A stretch of DNA of 64,000 nt, from positions 46,654-110,653 of the forward strand of contig CASTSB010000002.1 of NCBI GenBank assembly GCA_949451605.1, in the 5' to 3' direction. The position numbers and the translations under genes are program-made. Shown here in pieces: positions 20,035 through 30,832 of this stretch. This DNA comes from an uncultured Bacilli bacterium. Lineage in GTDB: Bacteria; Bacillota_I; Bacilli_A; RF39; UBA660. The notes beneath the pieces were generated by a model. The model did not search any database, had not been told where the DNA came from, and saw nothing but the letters and a program-made list of their open reading frames with translations. Position 1 is the first letter of the stretch, and every line of letters begins with the position of its first letter.

Positions 20035-21021
20035 ATGGGGATAATTAAAGAAAAGCGAAAAATAAAGAAAATATTAAAAAAGTCTAAAACAGTATTTTTA
20101 ATGGCACATAAAAATCTTGACTTAGATGCACTAGGTAGTTGTATAGGAATGTACTTAATACTAAAGAGTCAAAGAAAAAAATGCTATATAATTATAGATG
20201 ACAAAAATCATGAACCTGGTGTAGAAAAGATATTAATAGAATTAGATGGTTGTATAAATAAAATTAAAAGTAGTGACATAGATCAATATATTAATAAAAA
20301 GAATCATAAAAATCTTTTAGTTATACTTGATACAAATAAAAAAGAATTAGTTCAAAACGAAGAACTTTTAACAACATTTGAAAATAAATTAATAATTGAT
20401 CATCATGAATTAGGAAAGACTACTATAAAAGATTGTACTATAATAAACGATACAACTGTATCTAGTACTTGTGAGATGATTACTGAATTATTAGATGATT
20501 ATGATATAGAAATAGAGCCATATTATGCAACTATTTTATTATCCGGTATTGTATTAGATACCAATAACTTTACTTTAAAAACAACCGCAGAGACTTTTTA
20601 TACAGCATATTATTTAACAAGTTTAGGCGCAAGTGCAAAAAAAGTACAATATTTACTAAAACAAGATATTGAAGATTTTACAGAAAGACAAAAATTATTT
20701 GCAGATATTGAAACTATAAATGGAAAAATAGCTTTTACAAAAGCAACTCCATACTCTTTATACCGAAGAGAAGACTTAGCAAAAGTTGCAGATACATTGC
20801 TTTTCTTTAATAATATAGAAGCATCTTTCGTAATTGGGAAAATAGGAAAAGATACAATTGGAATTAGTGCCAGAAGTCTTGGTAATTATGATATTAATAA
20901 GCTCCTATCAAAATTGGGTGGTGGAGGAGATGCATATAACGGTGCAGCTACATTTGAAAAAACCACAATAAGTAAAGTTGAACAAAAATTAAAACAACTA
21001 ATAAAGGAGGATTCGGAATAA
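20035..21021 (+). CDS. DHH/DHHA1 phosphoesterase (GdpP-position homolog lacking TM/PAS/GGDEF)
   Basis: 328 aa. DHH motif region [16 protein letters not shown]1 [12 protein letters not shown]. Occupies the rpsR-rplI slot where the ~650-aa GdpP normally sits. Confidence 0.7.
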   Translation: MGIIKEKRKIKKILKKSKTVFLMAHKNLDLDALGSCIGMYLILKSQRKKCYIIIDDKNHEPGVEKILIELDGCINKIKSSDIDQYINKKNHKNLLVILDTNKKELVQNEELLTTFENKLIIDHHELGKTTIKDCTIINDTTVSSTCEMITELLDDYDIEIEPYYATILLSGIVLDTNNFTLKTTAETFYTAYYLTSLGASAKKVQYLLKQDIEDFTERQKLFADIETINGKIAFTKATPYSLYRREDLAKVADTLLFFNNIEASFVIGKIGKDTIGISARSLGNYDINKLLSKLGGGGDAYNGAATFEKTTISKVEQKLKQLIKEDSE

Positions 21022-21022
21022 A

Positions 21023-21463
21023 ATGGAAGTTATATTTATAAAAGACCTAAAAAATCAAGGTAAAAAAGGACAAATAAAAAATGTTAAAGATGGTTATGCA
21101 GAAAACTTTTTAATAAAAAATGGATATGCTATAATAAAAAATGCAGAAAATTTAAAAAAACTTAAATATGAACAGGCCAAAAAAGAAGCAGAAGATAAAG
21201 AAAATAAAAAGAAATCAGAAGAAATAGCAAAAGATCTTGAAAAAGAGGTTTTAGAATTTGTTGTAAAAACAGGAAGTCAAGATAAAGTATTTGGAAGTAT
21301 AAGCGTAAAACAAATAAAAGATGAATTAACTAAAAAGGGTTATAAAATAGAAAAAAGTCAAATTGATCTTTCATCAGCAATATCAGCTTTAGGATTTCAT
21401 AATATAAATATTAATCTTTATCCTGGTGTAGTTGCTAAAGTAAAAATTCACGTAATAAAATAG
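21023..21463 (+). CDS. rplI: 50S ribosomal protein L9
   Basis: 146 aa. [31 protein letters not shown]. Confidence 0.85.
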   Translation: MEVIFIKDLKNQGKKGQIKNVKDGYAENFLIKNGYAIIKNAENLKKLKYEQAKKEAEDKENKKKSEEIAKDLEKEVLEFVVKTGSQDKVFGSISVKQIKDELTKKGYKIEKSQIDLSSAISALGFHNININLYPGVVAKVKIHVIK

Positions 21464-21473
21464 AGGTGATAGC

Positions 21474-22835
21474 ATGCCGTTAAAGAATTTACCAAATAAT
21501 ATAGAGGCAGAAGAATCGGTATTAGGAGCTTGCTTTTTATCAAAAGAAGCTCTTCAAAAAGCAATAGAATCATTGCAACCAGAATCATTTTATAATGAAA
21601 AACATCAAAAAATCTTTTCTGCAATGCTTTCTTTAAATGAAGAAAAAACTCCTATTGATATTACTACGGTGACTAGTTATTTAAATAATCATAATAGTTT
21701 AAATGAAGTAGGGGGAGTTGAATATTTAACTGATGTTTTAAACTTTGTACCTACTGCAAGCAATGTAGGTTACTACATTCAATCTGTAGAAGAGACAGCT
21801 TTATTAAGAAAATTAATAGAGACAGCTACAGAAATAGCTTCTGAAGGATATAGAGCTGACGAAACAGTTAATGAGATACTAGACAATTCAGAAAAGAAAA
21901 TCCTAAGTATAGTAAAAAACAGAAAAGTTAGTGAGTTTAGAAGTATTAAAGATGTTTTAACAAAAACACAGTTAGATCTTGAAAGATTATCCGAAAGTAA
22001 AGGAGAAATAACTGGTCTTGCAACAGGATGGTATGACTTGGATAAATTGACTACAGGCCTACATCCTAATGAATTTATAATTATAGCCGCACGTCCTGCG
22101 ATGGGAAAAACAGCATTTGCCTTAAACCTAGCAACTCATGCAGCTATGACTCAAGATAAAGCAGTTGCCTTATTTAACTTAGAAATGAGCGCCGAACAGT
22201 TAGCGATGCGTATTTTATCATCTGTAGGACAAATAGAAGGTTTTAAACTAAAAACAGGAAATCTTTTAAATAATGATTGGAAAAGAATAAATGAAGCATC
22301 TTCCCAATTATCAAATACTAATATGGTAATTGATGATACTCCTGGTATTACTATTGGAGAAATAAGAGCTAAATGTAGAAGACTTGCAAGTTCAGATAAA
22401 GGGTTAAGTTTAGTTGTTATAGATTATTTACAGCTAATATCTGGAGGAAAAAATTACGGAAGCAATAGACAACAAGAAGTATCAGACATTTCAAGAAGCT
22501 TAAAAACGTTAGCTATGGAGTTAGAAGTTCCTGTTATAGCTCTTTCTCAATTGTCACGTAGTGTAGAAGGAAGAGAAGATAAAAGACCATTAATGAGTGA
22601 TTTGCGTGAGTCTGGTTCTATAGAGCAAGATGCTGATATAGTAGCATTCTTATATAGAGATGACTATTATAATAAAGAAGCAAGAACAGAAGATAATAAC
22701 AGTATTAGTGAATTAATAATCGGAAAACATCGTAATGGTCCAACAGCAACTGTAGAACTTTTATTTAAAAAGAATACTTCAACTTTCTTAAATCTAAGAA
22801 AAGATAGAGAAAGTTTAGGAGAACAAGGTGGTTAA
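21474..22835 (+). CDS. dnaB: replicative DNA helicase (DnaB family; DnaC in B. subtilis nomenclature)
   Basis: 453 aa. Walker A ARPAMGKTAFALN and the typical DnaB C-terminal RecA-like motifs. Confidence 0.9.
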   Translation: MPLKNLPNNIEAEESVLGACFLSKEALQKAIESLQPESFYNEKHQKIFSAMLSLNEEKTPIDITTVTSYLNNHNSLNEVGGVEYLTDVLNFVPTASNVGYYIQSVEETALLRKLIETATEIASEGYRADETVNEILDNSEKKILSIVKNRKVSEFRSIKDVLTKTQLDLERLSESKGEITGLATGWYDLDKLTTGLHPNEFIIIAARPAMGKTAFALNLATHAAMTQDKAVALFNLEMSAEQLAMRILSSVGQIEGFKLKTGNLLNNDWKRINEASSQLSNTNMVIDDTPGITIGEIRAKCRRLASSDKGLSLVVIDYLQLISGGKNYGSNRQQEVSDISRSLKTLAMELEVPVIALSQLSRSVEGREDKRPLMSDLRESGSIEQDADIVAFLYRDDYYNKEARTEDNNSISELIIGKHRNGPTATVELLFKKNTSTFLNLRKDRESLGEQGG

Positions 22836-24321
22836 AATGAAAAAATTAATAATAACAATAATGGTAATATCTATTTTATTTACAGCTGGATTTTCGAAAA
22901 TGTTAAAAAGTCCAAAAGAAGTTTATAGAGTTTACTTAAAAGGTGAGTCAATTGGCTTAATAAAATCAAAAGAAAAATTAGAAAAATATATTGATACTAA
23001 AGAAGCTGAAATTAAAGAAAAATATAAAGTAAAAAAAGTATATGCACCTACTGATTTAGATATTGTAAAAGAAGTTACATATTATGATAATGTTTCTTCT
23101 GTTAAAAAAATCTATAATAAAATAAAAGATATTTCTCCATTTACAATAAATGGGTATAAAATAACTATAAAAGGTATTGATTCTAAGGACTCAAATGGAA
23201 AAACAATTAAGGGAAAAAATCAAACTATTTATGTACTAGATAAAGAAGTATTTAGAGAAGCTGCTAATACTACAGCTCAAGCTTTTATTGGGAAATCTGT
23301 TTATGAATCCTTTGCTAATGATACTCAAAAAGAAATAGAAGAAACAGGAACTGTAATAGAAAATATTTATATAGAAAATACAGTAACTATAAAAAAGACA
23401 AATATTTCTGTTGATGAAACTATTTATATGGATAAAGAAACATTAAGTCAATATTTACTTTTTGGTACAACAAAGCAACAACAAAAATATAGAGTTCAAG
23501 ATGGAGATTCTATCGAAGATATTGCTTATAATAATAAAATCTCAAATGAAGAGTTTTTAATTGCTAACCCAACAATACCAAGTGTTAATAGTTTATTATA
23601 TTCTGGTCAAGAGGTAACTTTAGGAGTACTTAAACCTCAAATTAGAGTAGTTGAATGGGACCATGTAGTTAAAGATGAAGAACAAAACTACACTACTATT
23701 ACAGAAGAAGATCCCAATCAATATACTGATTACTCAAAAGTTAAACAAGCAGGAGTTAAGGGAAAGAATCGAGTAACATTAAAGATTCAGAAAGTAAATG
23801 GTGAGTCAACTTCAATTGTACCAGTATCTACCGAAGTATTAAAAGAACCAGTACAAGAAATTGTTATCAAAGGAACTAAGAAAAAATCTGGATATTTTGG
23901 CGGAGGATACGGTTCTGTTATTCCAACTAAAGGTATCTTTGGATGGCCTGCTACATGTTCTACTATATCAAGTCCATTTGGATGGCGCTGGGGAGCATTA
24001 CATGATGCAGTAGATATTGCAGGTTGTGGATACGGATCAAATATTTTTGCAGCAGAATCTGGAACTGTTGTTCAGTCATCATATAAATACGATAATGGTC
24101 AATATATAACAATCCAACATGACAATGGTTATTACACAATGTATGCTCATCTTTGTGAAGGATGCAGATACGTTAGTGTTGGACAAAGAGTTCAAAAGGG
24201 TCAAGTAATTGGTGGAATGGGAAGAACAGGAGCAGCATCAGGTGTTCACTTACATTTTGCAATCTGGACAGGATTTCCATATCGTGGCGGTAAACCATTA
24301 AATCCTATGGGGTTCTATTAA
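22828..24321 (+). CDS. secreted LysM-domain M23 family metallopeptidase
   Basis: N-terminal transmembrane/signal sequence. LysM (YRVQDGDSIEDIAYNNKISNEEFLIANP). C-terminal M23 (HDAVDIA...HLHFAIW). Confidence 0.7.
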   Translation: MVKMKKLIITIMVISILFTAGFSKMLKSPKEVYRVYLKGESIGLIKSKEKLEKYIDTKEAEIKEKYKVKKVYAPTDLDIVKEVTYYDNVSSVKKIYNKIKDISPFTINGYKITIKGIDSKDSNGKTIKGKNQTIYVLDKEVFREAANTTAQAFIGKSVYESFANDTQKEIEETGTVIENIYIENTVTIKKTNISVDETIYMDKETLSQYLLFGTTKQQQKYRVQDGDSIEDIAYNNKISNEEFLIANPTIPSVNSLLYSGQEVTLGVLKPQIRVVEWDHVVKDEEQNYTTITEEDPNQYTDYSKVKQAGVKGKNRVTLKIQKVNGESTSIVPVSTEVLKEPVQEIVIKGTKKKSGYFGGGYGSVIPTKGIFGWPATCSTISSPFGWRWGALHDAVDIAGCGYGSNIFAAESGTVVQSSYKYDNGQYITIQHDNGYYTMYAHLCEGCRYVSVGQRVQKGQVIGGMGRTGAASGVHLHFAIWTGFPYRGGKPLNPMGFY

Positions 24322-24322
24322 A

Positions 24323-25078
24323 ATGAAGATACAGACAATATCCAGTGGTTCTAAAGGAAATTGTTCAATCATTCTTGGTAATGATGCAAATATTATTATT
24401 GATGCGGGAATTTCCTATCTAACTCTAAAAAAGAAGTTGGAAGAAAATTCCCTTTCTTTTGATATGTTTGATGCAATACTAGTAACGCACTGTCATAAAG
24501 ACCATACATCAGGATTAAGTTCTATAATAAAAAAGACAAATTTAAATGTTTTTATACCAGAAAAAATGTACGAAAGTATTAAAGATTATGTTCCATATGC
24601 AAGATGTAATTTTATAGATGATATTTTTAACATTAATTCTATTGATATTGAACTTATTCATACTTCTCACGATGCTCCCTCATCTGTTGGTTATATAATT
24701 ACCTGCTGCAACAAAAAGATGTGTTATGTGACAGATACAGGATACATAAATAGAAAATATTTACAAAAAATGGTCGCGTTAGATCTTTATCTTATTGAAA
24801 GTAATCATGATGAAGTTATGCTTATGGATGGACCATATCCAAGATTTTTAAAAGAAAGAGTAATAAGTGATCATGGCCATTTATCTAACACAACTACCGC
24901 CAAATACCTAAAAAAAATAATAGGTCAAAATACAAAAAATATTATTTTAGCGCATTTGAGTGAAACAAATAATACTGAGGAATTAGCGCTACAAACTATA
25001 AAGAATGAGCTTTCAAATAATAATATAAAGATTATAGCTGCTAGACAAAATGAAATGAGTGAATTAATAGAGGTTTAA
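24323..25078 (+). CDS. MBL-fold metallo-hydrolase (WalJ/YycJ-like)
   Basis: HCHKDHTSG motif. Sits before rlmH as yycJ does in Bacilli, although no walRK is present. Confidence 0.7.
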   Translation: MKIQTISSGSKGNCSIILGNDANIIIDAGISYLTLKKKLEENSLSFDMFDAILVTHCHKDHTSGLSSIIKKTNLNVFIPEKMYESIKDYVPYARCNFIDDIFNINSIDIELIHTSHDAPSSVGYIITCCNKKMCYVTDTGYINRKYLQKMVALDLYLIESNHDEVMLMDGPYPRFLKERVISDHGHLSNTTTAKYLKKIIGQNTKNIILAHLSETNNTEELALQTIKNELSNNNIKIIAARQNEMSELIEV

Positions 25079-25079
25079 T

Positions 25080-25535
25080 ATGATAAAAATAATTACTGTA
25101 GGACAAGTAAAAGAAAAATATTTAAAAGATGGTATAGAAGAATATTTAAAAAGAATTAGAAAATTTACTAATATTGAATTAATAGAAGTAAAAGACGAAG
25201 GGTTAGTCGAAATAGAAAAAGCAAAAGATATAGAAGGAGAAAGAATAAAAAAACATATAAATCCTAAAGATTATATTATAACTTTAGAAATAGATGGAAA
25301 AATGTTAACTTCAGAAGAATTTTCGACAAAGATTGACAAAACATTGATAGATAATAGTAATATAGTTTTTATTATTGGAGGAAGCTATGGAATATCCGAA
25401 AACATAAAAAATATTTCTAATTTTAAATTATCATTTTCAAAATTTACATTTCCTCATCAATTGTTTCGCTTAATCTTATTAGAGCAAATATATAGAGCAT
25501 ATAAAATTATGAATAATGAAAGTTACCATAAATAA
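25080..25535 (+). CDS. rlmH: 23S rRNA (pseudouridine1915-N3)-methyltransferase RlmH
   Basis: 151 aa. MIKIITVGQVKEKYLKDGIEEY, SPOUT fold. Confidence 0.85.
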   Translation: MIKIITVGQVKEKYLKDGIEEYLKRIRKFTNIELIEVKDEGLVEIEKAKDIEGERIKKHINPKDYIITLEIDGKMLTSEEFSTKIDKTLIDNSNIVFIIGGSYGISENIKNISNFKLSFSKFTFPHQLFRLILLEQIYRAYKIMNNESYHK

Positions 25536-25546
25536 GGAGAGGTAAA

Positions 25547-26209
25547 ATGATAGGAAATAGTTGGGATAATTTATTAAACGAGGAATATGAAAAGGAATAT
25601 TTCAAAAAATTATTAGAGTTTTTAAAAGCAGAATACAAAAGCAAAACAATATATCCAAAAAGAAGTGAAATATTTAATGCTTTTAGATATACTTCTTTTG
25701 ATGATGTGAAAGTAGTAATAATCGGGCAAGATCCTTATCATGGGCCAAAACAAGCAGAGGGATTATCTTTTTCAGTAAGTAATGAAGTATTAAAACCACC
25801 TTCACTAAAAAACATTTTTAAGGAACTAGAAAGTGATTTGGGAATACCATTTCCTGAACATAATTCTCTTAAGCCTTGGACACAAGAAGGTGTTATGTTA
25901 TTAAATGCTGTACTTACTGTTGAAGAACATAATCCAACATCACATAAAGATAAAGGATGGGAACAATTTACTGATAACGTTATTAAAATAATAAATGAAA
26001 AAGAAACGCCAGTAGTTTTTATACTATGGGGAAGTTTTGCTAGGGGAAAGAAAAATCTAATCACTAACAAACGACACTACATCATAGAATCTGCTCATCC
26101 TTCTCCATTTTCTGCTTATAATGGATTTTTCGGAAGTAAACCATTTTCAAAAGCAAACGATTTCTTAAGAAAAAACAATATAAAAGAGATAAATTGGAGA
26201 ATAGAATGA
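25547..26209 (+). CDS. ung: uracil-DNA glycosylase (family 1)
   Basis: GQDPYHGPKQAEGLSFSV and HPSPFSA motifs. Confidence 0.9.
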   Translation: MIGNSWDNLLNEEYEKEYFKKLLEFLKAEYKSKTIYPKRSEIFNAFRYTSFDDVKVVIIGQDPYHGPKQAEGLSFSVSNEVLKPPSLKNIFKELESDLGIPFPEHNSLKPWTQEGVMLLNAVLTVEEHNPTSHKDKGWEQFTDNVIKIINEKETPVVFILWGSFARGKKNLITNKRHYIIESAHPSPFSAYNGFFGSKPFSKANDFLRKNNIKEINWRIE

Positions 26210-26739
26210 AAATATTAAAGACAATAAGAAACAATTATATAGTATTTATAATCTTTTCTTTTTTAGGATGGATTTATGAATCAGTTTTCTTTTCTATTAA
26301 AAAGATGAAAATAGTAAATAGAGGATTTCTAAGTGGTCCATATCTTCCTGTTTACGGTTTAGGCGCTATAGTACTATGGAATTTACTTGGAAGATTTAAA
26401 AAGAAAAAGCATATAGTTTACAACATTGATATTACTCCTATTATAATGTTTTTTCTTATTCTTCTAATTTCAACATTTATAGAGTATTTTTCACATTATA
26501 TTTTAGATGAATTTTTTAATATTACTTTGTGGGATTACTCAAAAAACGCTTTCAATATAAATGGAAGAGTAAGCCTTAGTACAAGTGTTGGCTTTGCAAT
26601 AGGAGGTATGTTAGGCTTATATCTAATTCTACCTTTAATAGAAAAGTTAATTTATAATAAAAATACAGTATTTAAAAATACATTTACATTCTTAACTATA
26701 TTAATTGTGATTATTGATCTTTTAATAAGAATAATATAA
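26194..26739 (+). CDS. hypothetical integral membrane protein
   Basis: 181 aa with four or five hydrophobic segments. Overlaps the ung stop. Confidence 0.3.
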   Translation: MENRMKILKTIRNNYIVFIIFSFLGWIYESVFFSIKKMKIVNRGFLSGPYLPVYGLGAIVLWNLLGRFKKKKHIVYNIDITPIIMFFLILLISTFIEYFSHYILDEFFNITLWDYSKNAFNINGRVSLSTSVGFAIGGMLGLYLILPLIEKLIYNKNTVFKNTFTFLTILIVIIDLLIRII

Positions 26740-26770
26740 AAATACACATCATATTTGATGTGTATTTTTA
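26739..26770. terminator. bidirectional terminator between convergent genes
   Basis: AAATACACATCAtattTGATGTGTATTT, a 12-bp stem. Confidence 0.65.
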
Positions 26771-26773
26771 TGA

Positions 26774-27769
26774 TTAATTATTTTGAGCTTGTACAGCAGT
26801 AATAGCAACAACCCCTACAATATCATCTGCAGAGCAGCCACGAGATAAGTCGTTAACTGGAGATGCTATACCTTGACAAATTGGTCCATAAGCTTCAGCT
26901 TTAGCAAGTCTTTGCACTAACTTATAACCAATATTTCCTGCATCTAAGTCAGGGAAAATTAAAACATTTGCACTACCTGCAACATCACTTCCAGGTGCTT
27001 TAGAATTAGCAACACTTGGAACTATTGCAGCATCTAATTGTAATTCTCCATCAATTTTATATTGTGGATATTTCTCTTTAGCTATATTTAAAGCTTCTAC
27101 AACTTTATCAACATCTGCATGTTTAGCGCTTCCTTTTGTAGAATGAGAAAGTAAAGCAACTTTAGGCTCGCACCCTACAAGTAGCTCAAAACTTTCAGCA
27201 CTTGAAGCCGCAATAGCAGCTAATTTTTCAGGAGTAGGATTTTGTTCAAGTCCAGAATCTCCAAAAATGAATGTTCCATTAGCACCAAATTCACAATTAG
27301 GTACAACCATTAAGAAAAATGCTGAAACTAAAGTTACATTTGGTTTAGTTTTTATAATTTGTAATGCTGGTCTTAAAGTATTAGCAGAAGAGTGACATGC
27401 TCCAGAAACTACTCCATCAGCTCTTTTAGTTTTAACAAGCATACAAGCATAATACATATAGTCAGTTAAAAGTAAGTTTTTTGCTTCTTCATAAGTCATG
27501 CCTTTGTTTTTTCTTAATTCAACTAATTCATTTATTAATTTCTCAGTTATAGAAGCCTCATTTGGATCAATAAATTCAATACCATCTAAATTAAATTCTA
27601 AACATCTTTTTTTTATTTCATTTTCATTACCAACTATAACTATTTTAGCGATGCCTTCCTTAACTACTTTTTCTGCTGCCTCAATAACTCTATCATCCAT
27701 AGATTCAGGCAATACAATAGTTTTTAAATCTTTTTTTGCTCTTTCTTTTATACTATTAATAAAACTCAT
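26774..27769 (-). CDS. pta: phosphate acetyltransferase
   Basis: 331 aa, collinear with B. subtilis Pta. Shared motifs: SGAxHSxAxTxRPALQIIKTK, LSHSTKGSAK, SPVNDLSRGC. No ackA adjacent. Confidence 0.85.
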   Translation of the reverse strand: MSFINSIKERAKKDLKTIVLPESMDDRVIEAAEKVVKEGIAKIVIVGNENEIKKRCLEFNLDGIEFIDPNEASITEKLINELVELRKNKGMTYEEAKNLLLTDYMYYACMLVKTKRADGVVSGACHSSANTLRPALQIIKTKPNVTLVSAFFLMVVPNCEFGANGTFIFGDSGLEQNPTPEKLAAIAASSAESFELLVGCEPKVALLSHSTKGSAKHADVDKVVEALNIAKEKYPQYKIDGELQLDAAIVPSVANSKAPGSDVAGSANVLIFPDLDAGNIGYKLVQRLAKAEAYGPICQGIASPVNDLSRGCSADDIVGVVAITAVQAQNN

Positions 27770-27783
27770 TATTATCCTTCTTT

Positions 27784-28314
27784 CTATCTATCTAATAATT
27801 CATATATTTCTTTACTCTCATCATTATAGAAGTCTTTTCTTTTATAATGATGGAAAAAAGCTACAATCTTAGCTGGAAAAGAAGATACTAATTGATTAAA
27901 AACAACTACATTATCATTATAAAACTTAATAGAACCTATTATTGCTTCTTCATTATCACTTAAATCTCTTAATATTGAACTTAAATTTTCACTTTTAAAT
28001 AATTTTTCATGTTCATCTAAAACTTTAAAAAGCTCATTATTAGCACGCTTTAAAATATCATTAGATTGAAAATGATTTAAAGAAGAAATATCAAATTCAT
28101 TTATATCTTCTAAAAAGTCTTCTAATTTAATTTCTTTTTTTATTATTGGAATTGTTCTTTGCAATAAATCAAGCTTTCTTTCAAGTAAAACGTCTAAATT
28201 GCATTCAGCTTCATTTATCTTAATTATTGCTTCACAAAACTTATTATTCTTTGATACCATTACAAAAATTATAATAATTACTAAAACCGAACAACCTATA
28301 ATTACTTCTATCAT
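27784..28314 (-). CDS. LemA family membrane protein
   Basis: 176 aa. N-terminal transmembrane helix, LemA-like helical domain. Confidence 0.65.
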   Translation of the reverse strand: MIEVIIGCSVLVIIIIFVMVSKNNKFCEAIIKINEAECNLDVLLERKLDLLQRTIPIIKKEIKLEDFLEDINEFDISSLNHFQSNDILKRANNELFKVLDEHEKLFKSENLSSILRDLSDNEEAIIGSIKFYNDNVVVFNQLVSSFPAKIVAFFHHYKRKDFYNDESKEIYELLDR

Positions 28315-28382
28315 TGTATCCCTCCAACATCATATTAATTATAGCAAATTTATTAAATAATGTACAAAGGAATTATTAATAA

Positions 28383-30353
28383 TTAAGAAGGCGAAATATT
28401 ACTTAATTTTTCATCAAATACTCTTTCTACTCCACTTGGCTCAGTACCTTTTATAAAATACATAAATTTTTTCCTTGCTGAACTTTCATCAACTGGCTTT
28501 CCAGATATTGGATCTACTAAAACAACAGAAACATTTTTTGGTGTTTCATACCAAGTTTCTTTATCAGTTTTTCCTTTTTCATAGTTTTCAACAGACTGAT
28601 ACCATATATTTTGAGCATATTTATATTCTGAAGTACTCAATGATTTATTATTATCGTAACCAACCCAAACAGCACAAACTATATCCTTATTAAAACCGAT
28701 ATTCCAATTATCAGTGCTTGTAGTACCGCTTTTTAATGCAAACTTATGAGTTAATTTTGAAGAAAGACTAATTGCAGTAGGATAATTATAATCTATATAG
28801 TCTGAATCATAAGTTGCTGTTAGCATATTATTTAAAATAAAAGTTAAGCTTGAATTAAGTACTAATTCTTTTTGACTTTTATTTTCATATAAAATATTCC
28901 CATCAGAATCTACTACTTTTTTTATAAAATGAGGTTCAACTTTATAACCTTCGTTGGCAAAAGCAGAATATCCTGCAGCCATTTCTAAAATACTAATTTC
29001 ATTAGTACCCAATGGTAATGAAGGTATATCTTCTAATTTTGAACTTATTCCTACACGACGTGCAACATTAATTAAAGCTTCACTTCCCAAAAAAAGATGT
29101 GTCTTAACAGCATAGATATTTTCTGAATAAGCAATAGCAGTTGCCATTGTTATAGGTTTATTTCCATAAACATCATTATAATTTTTAGGATTATAACTAT
29201 CTTGATTTATAAAATTAAAAGTTGTCTTTTCGCTAGTAAAAGTTGAACTAGAAGTAAATCCATTTTCTAAAGCAGCATAATAAAGATAAGGCTTCATAGT
29301 AGATCCAACTTGTCGTTTAGAACTAATGGCTCTATTATAAGATGATTTTAAGTAATCTCTACCACCCATAAGAGCAACAACTCCTCCAGTATTTGGATTC
29401 ATCATTACCACAGAAGTTTGCAGTTCAGACTCCTCAGGCATTGTCTCTTTTACAGTCTTTTCAAGTTGTTTTTGAACATCAACATCTAAATTGGTATATA
29501 TTTTTAACTCATTTATTTGATCATAGCTTTTTGGAATACTATCTATACTTTCAAGTTCTTTTAATACAGCATCTTGATAATACATCAAAGAGTTAATGTC
29601 ATTATCTTCTTTATTAATAGCAAAAACAAGTTCTTCACTATAAGCTTTATTAAGTTCATCTTCACTAATAATACCATTATTTTTTAAAGCATTTAAAACA
29701 CTTAATTGTCTTTTTTTAGCTAAATCAAAATTAATAAGCGGAGAGTAATAAGAAGGTGATTTAGGTATTCCAGTAAGCATTGAAGCTTCAGCCAAGTTTA
29801 ATTCGCTAGGACTCTTATCAAAATAGTACTTACTTGCATTACCAATACCATATTGCCCATGTCCATAATTTATGGTATTTAAATATCCTTCAAGTATTTC
29901 GTCCTTAGAGTAGTCAGATTCTATACGGATAGTATACCAAGCTTCATCCCATTTCCTTTTCCAAGTTTTATCAAAATCAAGAAATAAATTCTTAGCATAT
30001 TGTTGGGATATAGTAGAAGCTCCTTGAACAGTAGAACCCTTAGTAATGTTTATATAAGAAGCCTTTAATATTCTAAAAATATCAAATCCAAAATGTTTAT
30101 AAAAGTTTTTATCCTCCGTATAAATTGTAGAGTTTATTAAATCCTTAGATATATTTTCAATAGAGGTCCATTTTTTAGATTGACTTCCTTCAAAAAAAAC
30201 TTTATTATTACTATCGTATAGTACAATATTGTTTGCATTATTAATTTGCAATTTTGGGCTTACTTTAACATATATAAAAACCGATCCAAAAAAAACTAAC
30301 ATTAGTATAAAAGAAAAGCACAAAAATTTTCGTATCCATGATTTTTTTTTCAT
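28383..30353 (-). CDS. class A penicillin-binding protein (PBP1A; transglycosylase + transpeptidase)
   Basis: 656 aa. GT51 motifs GASTISQQ and RKxxE. Transpeptidase SxxK (GSTMKP). Confidence 0.85.
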   Translation of the reverse strand: MKKKSWIRKFLCFSFILMLVFFGSVFIYVKVSPKLQINNANNIVLYDSNNKVFFEGSQSKKWTSIENISKDLINSTIYTEDKNFYKHFGFDIFRILKASYINITKGSTVQGASTISQQYAKNLFLDFDKTWKRKWDEAWYTIRIESDYSKDEILEGYLNTINYGHGQYGIGNASKYYFDKSPSELNLAEASMLTGIPKSPSYYSPLINFDLAKKRQLSVLNALKNNGIISEDELNKAYSEELVFAINKEDNDINSLMYYQDAVLKELESIDSIPKSYDQINELKIYTNLDVDVQKQLEKTVKETMPEESELQTSVVMMNPNTGGVVALMGGRDYLKSSYNRAISSKRQVGSTMKPYLYYAALENGFTSSSTFTSEKTTFNFINQDSYNPKNYNDVYGNKPITMATAIAYSENIYAVKTHLFLGSEALINVARRVGISSKLEDIPSLPLGTNEISILEMAAGYSAFANEGYKVEPHFIKKVVDSDGNILYENKSQKELVLNSSLTFILNNMLTATYDSDYIDYNYPTAISLSSKLTHKFALKSGTTSTDNWNIGFNKDIVCAVWVGYDNNKSLSTSEYKYAQNIWYQSVENYEKGKTDKETWYETPKNVSVVLVDPISGKPVDESSARKKFMYFIKGTEPSGVERVFDEKLSNISPS

Positions 30354-30475
30354 CTTATCAACCTCAAATATATTATGGATTTAAAAAACAAAATTTATGT
30401 ATAAAAAATAAATTAGATGTGATATAATCTATACTAAGTTTTTTCTATATATGTAAAAGCTAAGGAGTTGGGATA

Positions 30476-30832
30476 ATGAAAAAAAATATAATAGTACAAC
30501 TTACAACAGAAGATCAAAAAATAAAATTAGAAACTTCTGCAATTTATAATGAAGAAAAACAAGAATTAACATATATAGAAGATGATGATTTAAAAACAAT
30601 TACAAAATTTAATTATCCTAAAAAAAAATTGTGTAGAAATAATAACGATTTAAAGCTAATTTATAATTTTGAAGAAGGTAAAACTACAAAAGGCAATATT
30701 ACAATAAATGATATAAATCGGAGTATAGATATAAATATCAAAACAAAAAAAATAATAGAAGAAAATAATAAAATAATAATTGATTTTAATGTAGAAGAAA
30801 ATAGCTTTAAATATCAAATAGAGGTGAAATAA
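30476..30832 (+). CDS. DUF1934 (YwiB-like) protein
   Basis: 118 aa. Immediately upstream of argS, as in many Firmicutes. Confidence 0.5.
   Translation: MKKNIIVQLTTEDQKIKLETSAIYNEEKQELTYIEDDDLKTITKFNYPKKKLCRNNNDLKLIYNFEEGKTTKGNITINDINRSIDINIKTKKIIEENNKIIIDFNVEENSFKYQIEVK

Noticed and set aside
26774-27769. Calling this gene phosphate butyryltransferase (ptb) because no ackA is adjacent
   Set aside because: Residue-level similarity to B. subtilis Pta is high across the whole length. ackA is often unlinked in Firmicutes.
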